The notes under the pieces were generated by a model. That model did not search any database and had not been told where the DNA came from. It saw nothing but the letters and a program-made list of their open reading frames with translations. A stretch of 64,000 nt of DNA from positions 128,598 through 192,597 of the IMG/VR virus record IMGVR_UViG_3300025127_000009; one strand, given 5' to 3'. Shown here one piece after another: positions 53,101-61,360 of the stretch. Each line of letters begins with the position of its first letter. Position 1 is the first letter of the stretch. The translations under genes were made by a program, and so were the position numbers. The DNA is from a virus.

Positions 53101-53865
53101 AAGGGTCGTATTACTACCTGAATGATAATGCAGGCCTGAACCAAGAAATTTGTGAGTGGTTGTATCACCTACAATGTTGTCTTCGTGTCTCCAGTGGGCT
53201 GATGATGCGCCGGTTTGGCCAGACTTCAATGTTATTGCATTAACTCTACCCGCTCCGGAACCGTGATTTATATCAGAAAGCATAAAGGTTATATCGCTAG
53301 CCCAAGTGGCACCTTGATAGTCTGGTGAATTTCCTGTATTTAACTCAGAAAAGCCATCTTCATCAATGTTCCAATCACTGCCATCATAATAAATGTAGTG
53401 CAAATCAGAACCATTCAACTCTACCATTGCACCCCTAGTTCTGCTAGGGTTCATCACAAGAGCAAACTCATCCTGATAGTGACCAATTTCATCAACTCTT
53501 GTTTGAGTCCATTGCGCACCGCCTGTATCATTCCAAACAAAAAATTGATACTTACTTGTACCATATCCCAAACCAATAACTTGCGTATCTGAAATAACGG
53601 CCATGTTTACTAAACGCCAGTTACTGCTACTGTAATTTGAAGAACCGTACTCGCCTGCCTGTGCCCAACCACCTGATCCTGACGACCAAAGATCCCAACC
53701 ATAAGTGCTGGTGGCACCGTAGTTCATCTTTTCTGTGGGCACGAATAACTTAGTTCCGTCATTGCTGAAAAAACCACCACGATATTTTGAAGACGCATGT
53801 GGTCCTTGGATATCTGTAATGATTACTGTACCAGCACCGACTGATTCGCTTACTTCATAAGCCAT
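50107..53865 (-). CDS. Fibre/adhesin-like structural protein: propeller-like N-domain, Gly15 linker, beta-rich shaft
   Basis: N-terminal W/Y-D-x-x-G-x-W blades, 15 consecutive Gly, repeated 'FEYDEDGTD/IEYDENGTD/IFYDENGD' and 'ND(V/I)DLG' units. Confidence 0.65.
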   Translation of the reverse strand: MAYEVSESVGAGTVIITDIQGPHASSKYRGGFFSNDGTKLFVPTEKMNYGATSTYGWDLWSSGSGGWAQAGEYGSSNYSSSNWRLVNMAVISDTQVIGLGYGTSKYQFFVWNDTGGAQWTQTRVDEIGHYQDEFALVMNPSRTRGAMVELNGSDLHYIYYDGSDWNIDEDGFSELNTGNSPDYQGATWASDITFMLSDINHGSGAGRVNAITLKSGQTGASSAHWRHEDNIVGDTTTHKFLGSGLHYHSGSNTTLMVGADGTTDTYPASGLGDPTGVDLYTAVSASGNPGEWYPANAASLTTTAQDIFSWNLRGYLPDRFNGNRFFAISDTDGVDASSTTPKLIAWEYDASSGWKSTTVADSTFQHRFYAGSNWSFHDVSPVVDNRVAIATHSPSSVNSGNSVRIFSINNMASGGGGGGGGGGGGGGGTDMGLTKIGSKLLAQGAVKGKQVASGSVEIGHLDFSEASVTSGSMSGEDRIVVQAKGGSARAVTLDHLESYLSASVSTNITASGNVLLGDADSDTLAVAASIITSLVPKTHNQNSLGSATKSWNVVYAQSASISDNFGVGGTATLNNLVANGNVDLGNATSDTITATGRFDSDLTPSTDSARALGASSLAWSNLYVDAIDLQGQGSISMGGTGRIDLDADDDTSIRAQSDDVIAFEIGGSDLFTMGASNGLAIADDTKLTFGSNQDASFEYDEDGTDTLLYAGATLRISDDTKIEFGTGGDAAIEYDENGTDQLRIHQPAAGVVIAGTNPKLVIGDTEAEDTMLVFDGNAQDYRVGLDDGTDKLEIGVGATHGTTIAMTVDSSQVVTAVGQVTASAGLLVADDKHLILGSDDDSKIFYDENGDNVVKVAGAAWSFTPNVTSAGTISGSAGTFHDLKGSDISGSIGEFHQLTVDHLDVQVLNSVTKTATTLEIADKLIVAAVDANSANSDGGGLKIGGDDSTAGNAAILYDHSNLALDFNIGGTTEIRLEDGVLRPETNNDVDLGHAGGQFKDLYLDGTAHLDQIVFTPSSGDTVTFDSAADGTLTITTVDGAGTAADLTLTVDGQIKMAAADSAGIIMDVGGADQLVLTDGLLAPATDNDIDLGSAAKSFKDAHIQGTMFLTGALMASDINLDAGDAHGGLVNDGGKLSVGFNRRVFMRTASGNAEAMSSDYLTASLGTAITPQSGSLCVYLNGVLLNGLHVQKTGITGKPSGNHLNLDYREHKTVGAGGSPLSASIFLHPNLAMDSDDVLQVTYLSGSELYKS

Positions 53866-53953
53866 AATCTTCCTCCTCTATTTATACTCAAACTACCAAA
53901 CTGTATCTTGAATTAAATTAGTTGGGAACAAAACGCAAACTGAAGTAAACATA

Positions 53954-54178
53954 TTAGGAAAATAATAATTTCTTGAGATTTCTCACATTATTGTCAAACT
54001 GACAATACTCAGAATTTAAGAATTCCAAAGACAGCGCTTGACACTGGGAACTGCTATCATCAAATTCAAAATAGAATTTGCCTGATTCAAGTCTTTTGCA
54101 GATTAGAAGTCTCATACCTTTTAATTGCAAAAAGGCAGCGATTCCAATGTCAGAAGTAATAAATTTATTGTCGGCCAT
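53954..54178 (-). CDS. DUF5659-like small protein
   Basis: 'FITSDIGIAAFLQLKG......GKFYFEF'. Confidence 0.6.
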   Translation of the reverse strand: MADNKFITSDIGIAAFLQLKGMRLLICKRLESGKFYFEFDDSSSQCQALSLEFLNSEYCQFDNNVRNLKKLLFS

Positions 54179-54241
54179 CTTATGTAATTCCTGTTTCCAT
54201 CTATATACTAACTAGTCAGAAGTCCACGAACACGTCGTATT

Positions 54242-54667
54242 TTAGGTTTCTTTCTTAACAAAAACTAGAGTTGTGCCTTCTTGAGTTAGTCTGTAATTAA
54301 AGTTAGGGTTTAGTCTATATTTATCTCTTAGTGATTGTATTAATTTTTCTTGCGAATCTCTAAGCCCTTCTATCCCTTGTAATTTAGAAACTTTTAACAC
54401 CTCATGATCTCTCATGTATGTTCCAAAATCAGAAATGGCTGAGTTAAGTTTGTTGTTAAAAGAAACCATTTTTTTAGACTCCTCCTCTGATATTGGTATA
54501 TACGTATCGTCGTACTCTTCCTCTTCTTCCTCTTCTTCTAGTAATTCTGCATCTTCGTCTTCTATATTCAAGACTTCTGAAGCCATTTGAACCCTATTGG
54601 CCAATTCAGGGTTCTCTTGTTTGACTTTCTCTAACATTTCGAGCAAATTATTTAGTATTGTCATCAC
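54242..54667 (-). CDS. Hypothetical acidic protein
   Basis: 141 aa with a poly-Glu tract and SD AAGGAG. Confidence 0.6.
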   Translation of the reverse strand: MMTILNNLLEMLEKVKQENPELANRVQMASEVLNIEDEDAELLEEEEEEEEYDDTYIPISEEESKKMVSFNNKLNSAISDFGTYMRDHEVLKVSKLQGIEGLRDSQEKLIQSLRDKYRLNPNFNYRLTQEGTTLVFVKKET

Positions 54668-54684
54668 GCATCTCCTTTTTGTAA

Positions 54685-57600
54685 TTATGCTTTAATATAT
54701 GTAATTCTTAAATTATCGTCAGTCTCTGGTGCTTCTTCAAACTCTATAGTCGTGTTGTTTGTCACTGTATAGTCGTTGCCAGATCCTGGCGTCATATATA
54801 CACCTTCTCTGAAAATCATTTGACTTCCTATCACGAATGCTTGCGCGACCGTAAATGTAGTTCTAGAATTATTTGGTGATTCTTGAAAACTGGTATTAGC
54901 CAAATAACTGGTGATTACACCTGCAATGCTACTAGCACTGATTTGATTTGCTAACAGTCTATCTGTATCTAATAGATTATAAGTTCCAGTAGACCCGGAT
55001 ATTCTATGTATCGTTCCTAAAGAACCAGATATTGAGTTGAAATCTAGTTCCCTTGCCTCGACTCTATCTGCGTCAAGTAGATTAAAAGTTCCTGTTGAGC
55101 CAGACATCCTGTGATATATTGCTGAAGATCCTGAAATTTCATCTCCTGCGTTTCCAGAAGCGGTGTCCAAGACTACTCTGTTGTTTGAGTCTAGAGTGAG
55201 AAACCTAGAACTAACTGCGCACCCAATAGGAACATTAGTAAAAGTTAATTTTCCAGTAGAATTAAATTGCCTAACTTCAACCCTATCTGTGTCCAATAAA
55301 TTTGTTGTTGCTGTTGATGCGGATAGGTTGTGAATTGCTCCAGAAGAACCAGAAACAGAAAACGTGTTAATATCGTTTGCCACAATTCTATCTGCATCTA
55401 GAAAATTAAACGTGGCCGCAGAACTTGATAAATTATGTATCGTGCCAGTAGACCCTGATATTTGATTTCCTTGCACTCTATCAGAATCCACCAAATTAAA
55501 AGTGCCTGTTGATCCAGATACTCTATGATACACCGCTGAAGACCCCGATACGAAAAGAGAAGCACCACCGACAGAAGCGGTCAAGACAACATTGTTACTA
55601 GCATCTAGCGCTAAATATTTCGTATTAACAGCGGCAGCGTTGGAAAGGCCTGTAAGTTTGACGCCGCCTCCCACTTGTATTTGGTTTGACACTATTCGAT
55701 CTGAATCCAACAAGTTAAACGTTGCTGCAGAACTTGATAAGTTATGATACACTGCGGAGGAACCGGAAACAAAAGATGCTGCACCGCCAGACGAACTTGT
55801 TAGTATTATATTGTTACTAGAATCGAGTGCCAAATATTTTGTGCTAACCCCTGCACCGCTAGATAAACCTGTTAATTTCACAGAACCACCTATTAACGCC
55901 TGATTAGAAACTACTCTATCTGAATCAAGTAAATTAAAAGTTGCTGTAGAAGAACTTAAATTATGCAAGATTCCTTTAGATCCAGAAACTTGATTTACAT
56001 TTACTCTGTCTGCATCTAATAAATTAAATGTTGCTGCAGAACTTGATAAGTTATGATATACAGCAGAAGAGCCAGACACAAAACGGTTAGAAGAGTTTGC
56101 TGAACTAGTTAAAACGATATTGTTGCTACCATCTAGTGCTAAATATTTGGTGCTGACAGCAGTTGCACTAGACAAACCAGTGAGTTTTACTGTCCCTGCA
56201 ACTGTTACTTGATTTGCTTGTACGCGATCTGAATCGACCAAATTAAGCGTAGCAGTAGAACTAGACAAATTATGATATACAGCAGAGGAACCAGACACAA
56301 ATCTACCACCGCCGACCGACCCTGTTAATATTACATTATTGCTAGAATCGAGTGCTAAATATTTTGTGCTAACTCCTACGCCGCTAGATAAGCCTGTTAG
56401 TTTAACCGATCCACCTGTTGTTATTTGATTCGCAACTATTCGATCTGTGTCTACGAGATTAAATGTAGCAGCAGAACTAGATAGATTATGATAAACTGCT
56501 GATGAACCAGAAACAAACCTACCTCCACCGGCTGACCCAGTTAGTATAACATTGTTACTAGAATCAAGCGCTAAATACTTAGTGCTGACTCCCGTGCCTG
56601 CCTGAAGGCCCGTCAACTTTAGCGTTCCACCTCCTTGAATTTGATTTGAAACTATCCTATCTGTATCTAATAAATTAAATGTAGCAGTTGAAGAACTAAG
56701 GTTGTGTATTGTGCCAGTTGACCCAGATACTGATTTAAAGTCTACCTCTCTTGCTTCTACCCTATCTGCATCCATTAAATTAAAAGTTGCGACTGAAGAA
56801 CTAAGATTGTGAATTGTGCCTGTTGATCCGGATACTGATTTGAAATCTACTTCTCCTGATTCAATTCTGTCCACATCGATTAGATTAAAAGTTCCTGTTG
56901 AGCCAGAGATTCTATGATATACTGCAGAAGAACCAGAAACAAACAAAGACGCACCGCCGACTGAGCCCGTCAGAACAACGTTATTATTAGAATCAAGGGC
57001 TAAATATTTTGTGTTTACTGCTGCAGCATTTGACAACCCTGTTAATTTAACAGAGCCACCCACCAAAACTTGATTTGCATCTATTCTGTCAGTATCTAAT
57101 AAATTAAAAGTTGCTGCTGAACTAGACAAGTTATGGTAGACTGCTTGCGAACCTGAAACGAACAAGGAAGCACCACCTGTTGAACCAGTTAAAACAAGAT
57201 TATTACTTGAATCTAGTGCTAAATATTTTGTATTCACAGCGGCTGCGTTTGAAAGCCCAGTTAATTTAACCCCGCCGCCAATTTGCACTTGATTGACAAG
57301 TATTCGATCTGCATCTAACAAATTAAAGGTAGCGGCAGAACTTGACAGATTATGATATATGGCAGAAGATCCGGATACAAAACGAGAAGAGTTTGCAATT
57401 GTCCCTGTTAATACCACATTGTTGCTACCATCTAGTGCTAAATATTTGGTGCTGATAGCATTAGCATTAGACAGGCCACTAAATTTAATCCCACCTCCAA
57501 CATTTAACTGGTTAGACAAAATTCGATCAACATCTAAAAGATTGGCTGTTATTGTGGATGAACTTAGATTGTGAAGTATTCCAGTAGATCCAGATACTTG

Positions 57601-60021
57601 ATTTGCACTTACTCTATCCACATCTATAAAATTAAAAGTTGCGGCAGAACTTGACAGATTATGATATATGGCTGAAGAGCCAGATATAAATCTTGAAGCG
57701 TTGCCAAGAGTTCCCGTTAATACTATGTTGTTACTTGCGTCTAAGGCTAAATATTTTGTACTGACTGCAGTTGCACTAGACAAGCCAGTGAGTTTTACTC
57801 CCCCTATGACCTGAATTTCATTCGAAACTATTCTATCTGCATCTAATAAATTGAATGTTGCCGCAGAACTTGATAGGTTGTGTATTATCCCTTTGGAGCC
57901 AGACATTTGATTTGCGTCTACTCTATCGGCATCTAGTAAGTTAAAAGTTGCAGCAGAACTTGATAAGTTGTGATATATTGCAGAGGAGCCAGACATGAAT
58001 AAAGAACCGGCTCCACCCGCTGATCCTGTTAATACAACATTGTTGTTTCCATCCAAAGCCAAATATTTTGTATTTAATGCTGTAGCATTTGAAAGGCCAG
58101 TTAATTTAACGCCTCCGCCAATTTGTATCTGATTAGATAAGATCCTGTCTGTGTCTAGTAAATTAAGAGTAGCAGTAGAACTTGACAAGTTATGATATAT
58201 AGCCTGCGATCCAGACATAAAGAGAGAAGGACTACCAGCGGAACCAGTAAGAACAATATTATTACTAGCATCCAAAGCCAAATATTTAGTCGCGACTGCA
58301 TTACCTGTAGAAAGCCCTGTAAATTTAACACCCCCTCCTACCTGAAGTTGGTTAGAAATTGCTCGATCAATATCTAAAAAATTAAACGTTGCTGTAGAAG
58401 AACTTAGATTATGTATAATTCCGGTAGATCCAGAAACCTGATTTGTGCTTATCCTGTCAATGTCTAAGAAATTAAAAGTTGCTGCAGAACTAGATAAGTT
58501 ATGATATATAGCAGAAGATCCAGATACAAATCTGCCCATATCAAGAGACGATCCTGTTAGTATCACGTTGTTGCTAGCGTCAAGTGCAAGGTACTTGGTG
58601 TTTATACCAACACCAGTGGATAAACCAGAAAACTTAACCAAACCTCCAACTTGAATTTGATTGGTATCCACCCTATCAGTATCTAATAAATTAAATGTTG
58701 CTGCAGAAGAACTTAGATTGTGTATAATACCAGTAGAACCTGAGACCTGATTTATATCCACCCGATCTGCATCAAGTAAGTTATAAGTACCTGTCGAGCC
58801 AGAAACCCTATGATATGTTGCTAAAGATCCTGATATTGTGTCTAGGCTAGCGGAAGGGCCAGTTTCACCAGTCGCACCCCTAACATTACCAACATTTACA
58901 GTTGTTCCATTTGATAATGTTAAAACCAACTCATAATCTATAAGTTGTGCGTTTGTTACGCTAACGCCTGTTGGTCCTGTGGCACCCTGATCTCCTTGAG
59001 GCCCTGTTGGGCCTACATTTCCTTGAGGGCCAGCAGGGCCTGTATTACCAGTGTCGCCTTTAGAGCCTGGCGCACCCGTGCCTCTACCCTCACCGTTGCC
59101 TGAAGTCCCAGAAGACCTAAATGAATTTAACTTATTTCTAGATTCCTTAAATCTTGCTGGGAAATCTAGCCCTTCTAAACCAAAAAGTTTTCCGTTCCCT
59201 TCAAGTAGTTGGTCTGCCAACATTACCCTTTCTCTAGGAATTTTAATCTCTACTGCATTTTCTTGAATTGCAAAATCAGGCTGAAGGCTATTTTTGTCTC
59301 CGCCCGTGACCCAGCCTAAAACTTCTATATTTATTTTTGTTTCAAACTTCCTTTCCTCATTGGTATAATTCTTAAGATTATTATTCATAGAAAAATTTTC
59401 TTGAATAAACGCTTCGTACCTGAGTCTACCCTCTTCAATAATGACATAGTTTATACCGCCAGGTCTAGTGATGAAGGGTGTCATTATTTGATTCATCTGC
59501 TCTTGGTACTCTGTTTTAAGAGTTATCTCATATTGAACTGTAACGTAAATTGGCAGTGGTATTGTTAGAGTTTCATATACTATTTTTTCATTCTTTCCTG
59601 GAAAGTTTAATTGACCTCTCTTTCGCTTGCTGGCTGCATTTGCAAAATTAGAAGTCTTCCCTTGGTTTATTCTTCTTGAGACCGATATTGAACCACCCTT
59701 TACTTTATCTATCGGTGGTATGTTAGCATAAACCGTACCCTTTTTAGTTGGGTCCTTTACTACATTCGTTCTCTCTATAGAGATCAATGGCATTATCAGA
59801 GAGCCATCCTTATCTCTTATCCTTTGATCTTTTTTACTTTGAAAAACTCTTTCAGCAGAACTCCACACAACAGGAACTTTTTTGAATCCCGTAGTTGTAA
59901 TACAATTGATGTCCAAGATCTCATCAATAAAATTATACATTGCTGAGTCTATTGTTTCAATTGTTGATCGAGGAAATGGTTTATCCTCTATTCTTCTTGG
60001 TTTTGTAGTTTTCAATACCAT
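54685..60021 (-). CDS. gp15-like neck/tail-terminator paralog fused to a collagen segment and a 24-repeat fibre
   Basis: The first ~285 aa are paralogous to 60031..60876, followed by 12 G-X-Y triplets, 24 SGS-x3-H repeats and a C-terminal Ig-like domain. Confidence 0.75.
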   Translation of the reverse strand: MVLKTTKPRRIEDKPFPRSTIETIDSAMYNFIDEILDINCITTTGFKKVPVVWSSAERVFQSKKDQRIRDKDGSLIMPLISIERTNVVKDPTKKGTVYANIPPIDKVKGGSISVSRRINQGKTSNFANAASKRKRGQLNFPGKNEKIVYETLTIPLPIYVTVQYEITLKTEYQEQMNQIMTPFITRPGGINYVIIEEGRLRYEAFIQENFSMNNNLKNYTNEERKFETKINIEVLGWVTGGDKNSLQPDFAIQENAVEIKIPRERVMLADQLLEGNGKLFGLEGLDFPARFKESRNKLNSFRSSGTSGNGEGRGTGAPGSKGDTGNTGPAGPQGNVGPTGPQGDQGATGPTGVSVTNAQLIDYELVLTLSNGTTVNVGNVRGATGETGPSASLDTISGSLATYHRVSGSTGTYNLLDADRVDINQVSGSTGIIHNLSSSAATFNLLDTDRVDTNQIQVGGLVKFSGLSTGVGINTKYLALDASNNVILTGSSLDMGRFVSGSSAIYHNLSSSAATFNFLDIDRISTNQVSGSTGIIHNLSSSTATFNFLDIDRAISNQLQVGGGVKFTGLSTGNAVATKYLALDASNNIVLTGSAGSPSLFMSGSQAIYHNLSSSTATLNLLDTDRILSNQIQIGGGVKLTGLSNATALNTKYLALDGNNNVVLTGSAGGAGSLFMSGSSAIYHNLSSSAATFNLLDADRVDANQMSGSKGIIHNLSSSAATFNLLDADRIVSNEIQVIGGVKLTGLSSATAVSTKYLALDASNNIVLTGTLGNASRFISGSSAIYHNLSSSAATFNFIDVDRVSANQVSGSTGILHNLSSSTITANLLDVDRILSNQLNVGGGIKFSGLSNANAISTKYLALDGSNNVVLTGTIANSSRFVSGSSAIYHNLSSSAATFNLLDADRILVNQVQIGGGVKLTGLSNAAAVNTKYLALDSSNNLVLTGSTGGASLFVSGSQAVYHNLSSSAATFNLLDTDRIDANQVLVGGSVKLTGLSNAAAVNTKYLALDSNNNVVLTGSVGGASLFVSGSSAVYHRISGSTGTFNLIDVDRIESGEVDFKSVSGSTGTIHNLSSSVATFNLMDADRVEAREVDFKSVSGSTGTIHNLSSSTATFNLLDTDRIVSNQIQGGGTLKLTGLQAGTGVSTKYLALDSSNNVILTGSAGGGRFVSGSSAVYHNLSSSAATFNLVDTDRIVANQITTGGSVKLTGLSSGVGVSTKYLALDSSNNVILTGSVGGGRFVSGSSAVYHNLSSSTATLNLVDSDRVQANQVTVAGTVKLTGLSSATAVSTKYLALDGSNNIVLTSSANSSNRFVSGSSAVYHNLSSSAATFNLLDADRVNVNQVSGSKGILHNLSSSTATFNLLDSDRVVSNQALIGGSVKLTGLSSGAGVSTKYLALDSSNNIILTSSSGGAASFVSGSSAVYHNLSSSAATFNLLDSDRIVSNQIQVGGGVKLTGLSNAAAVNTKYLALDASNNVVLTASVGGASLFVSGSSAVYHRVSGSTGTFNLVDSDRVQGNQISGSTGTIHNLSSSAATFNFLDADRIVANDINTFSVSGSSGAIHNLSASTATTNLLDTDRVEVRQFNSTGKLTFTNVPIGCAVSSRFLTLDSNNRVVLDTASGNAGDEISGSSAIYHRMSGSTGTFNLLDADRVEARELDFNSISGSLGTIHRISGSTGTYNLLDTDRLLANQISASSIAGVITSYLANTSFQESPNNSRTTFTVAQAFVIGSQMIFREGVYMTPGSGNDYTVTNNTTIEFEEAPETDDNLRITYIKA
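54940..58836 (-). repeat. Coding repeat array: 24 A-units and 13 B-units
   Basis: A = SGS-x3-H(N/R)xS(S/G)S..T.N..D.DR; B = GG.VK.TGLS....TKYLALD.SNN..LT. Counted from the translation; boundaries are approximate. Confidence 0.88.
58969..59076 (-). repeat. Collagen-like (Gly-X-Y)12 segment
   Basis: GAP GSK GDT GNT GPA GPQ GNV GPT GPQ GDQ GAT GPT. Confidence 0.9.
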
Positions 60022-60030
60022 AACTTATTC

Positions 60031-60876
60031 TCACAAACCGTACTTTTCTAGTTCATCTGGATCAAATATAACTCTTTCTCTTGGAATCTTTACCTCTACC
60101 ACGGTTTCGTCAATGGCCTTGTGTGGCGTTCGCTGGTTAACACCATCTCCTATTAATTTTCCAAGCACTTTAATATTAAATTTTGTTTCAAATTTTCTCT
60201 CTTCATTCGAAAAATCTGTAATGTTATTTTCATGTGTGTATTCTTGTTGTATAAATCCCTCGTAACGATGGGCACCATCTCGTATTATTATATAATTTAT
60301 GCCACCTGGTACTGTCATGAAAGGCACAACTAGATCATTCATTTGCTGTTGATATTCAGTTCTCAAAGTTATTTGATACATAATAGTCACATACACAGGA
60401 AGAGGTATAGAAATTGTTTGATATACAACTTTTTCGTTTTTACGAGGAAAATTTAATTGTCCCCTCTTCTTTTTCGCACCAGCATTAGCAAAATTAGAAG
60501 TCTTGGACTGTAAGATTTTTTTTGCTATTGGAATACTGCCACCCTTTAGTTTTGAAAGCGGTGGTACATTTGCCCATACTGTGCCTTTTTCACTGGGGCT
60601 CTTTGTCATTGAAGTTCTCTCAATGGTTATAAGAGGCATTATCAAAGTTCCATCGTCATCACGAACACGGTAATCTCTCTTGCTTTGATGAGCCCTTTCT
60701 GCAGTTGCCATAATTACTGGCACTTTTTTAAATCCATTATTCGTGTGAGCATGTAGATTCATGTTCTCATTAATAAAGTTATACATAGCAGTGTCAATAT
60801 TTTCTATTCTAGAGTCGAAGACATTTTTGCCCTCTAGGCTGTTTAGCCCCTCGCTAAAAGGTCTATGCTTCTCCAT
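60031..60876 (-). CDS. Tail terminator / sheath stabiliser (T4 gp15-like)
   Basis: 'VPVIMATAERA', 'LIMPLITIER', 'IPLPVYVTIMYQITLRTEYQQQMN'. Follows the gp13- and gp14-like genes. Confidence 0.72.
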   Translation of the reverse strand: MEKHRPFSEGLNSLEGKNVFDSRIENIDTAMYNFINENMNLHAHTNNGFKKVPVIMATAERAHQSKRDYRVRDDDGTLIMPLITIERTSMTKSPSEKGTVWANVPPLSKLKGGSIPIAKKILQSKTSNFANAGAKKKRGQLNFPRKNEKVVYQTISIPLPVYVTIMYQITLRTEYQQQMNDLVVPFMTVPGGINYIIIRDGAHRYEGFIQQEYTHENNITDFSNEERKFETKFNIKVLGKLIGDGVNQRTPHKAIDETVVEVKIPRERVIFDPDELEKYGL

Positions 60877-61354
60877 TGAACAAACCCTCTCTAGCCTTTA
60901 TACATTCTGCTGTTATTTCTAGCATTTGATCTATTTGGCCAAAAAGTTGCTTTGGTTCGTTTAAAGTAGTTATCTCGTAAAAAGTATCACCATAACGAAC
61001 AAAATCTCCCTCTCTAACAAAAAGATCTTGATCCTCTGTTAAACGTCTTTTGTGAAAATGCACAAGTATTTTAGGAAGTCTATCCACACCTAAATTAGTA
61101 GTCTGAGTTTCGTACCCTTGCCACTCTACAAGTGCGTGAACTCTTATGGGATTTAAAAATGCTTTATTTAAAGCCTCTCCATATATTGGATGAAAGTTGG
61201 TTTCATCTATAGAAATAGGATAATATATAATTTGCTGCCCAATGACTCTTTCAATAACTTCGTCATTGACCTGTTTTACTAAGTCTCTTTCTTTTTTCCC
61301 TGTAAAAAGGGGAGGCGGCGGGGCCGCTGGTTGAGACCATTCATTATCACTCAT
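60863..61354 (-). CDS. Head completion / neck protein (gp14-like)
   Basis: 'NDEVIERVIGQQIIYY', 'NFHPIYGEA', 'VREGDFVRYG'. Confidence 0.72.
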   Translation of the reverse strand: MSDNEWSQPAAPPPPLFTGKKERDLVKQVNDEVIERVIGQQIIYYPISIDETNFHPIYGEALNKAFLNPIRVHALVEWQGYETQTTNLGVDRLPKILVHFHKRRLTEDQDLFVREGDFVRYGDTFYEITTLNEPKQLFGQIDQMLEITAECIKAREGLFNGEA

Positions 61355-61360
61355 TTGCTA

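Noticed and set aside
54940-58836. Diversity-generating retroelement or CRISPR-like array
   Set aside because: The repeats are in-frame protein repeats diverged at synonymous sites. There is no reverse transcriptase and no adenine-specific TR/VR pair.
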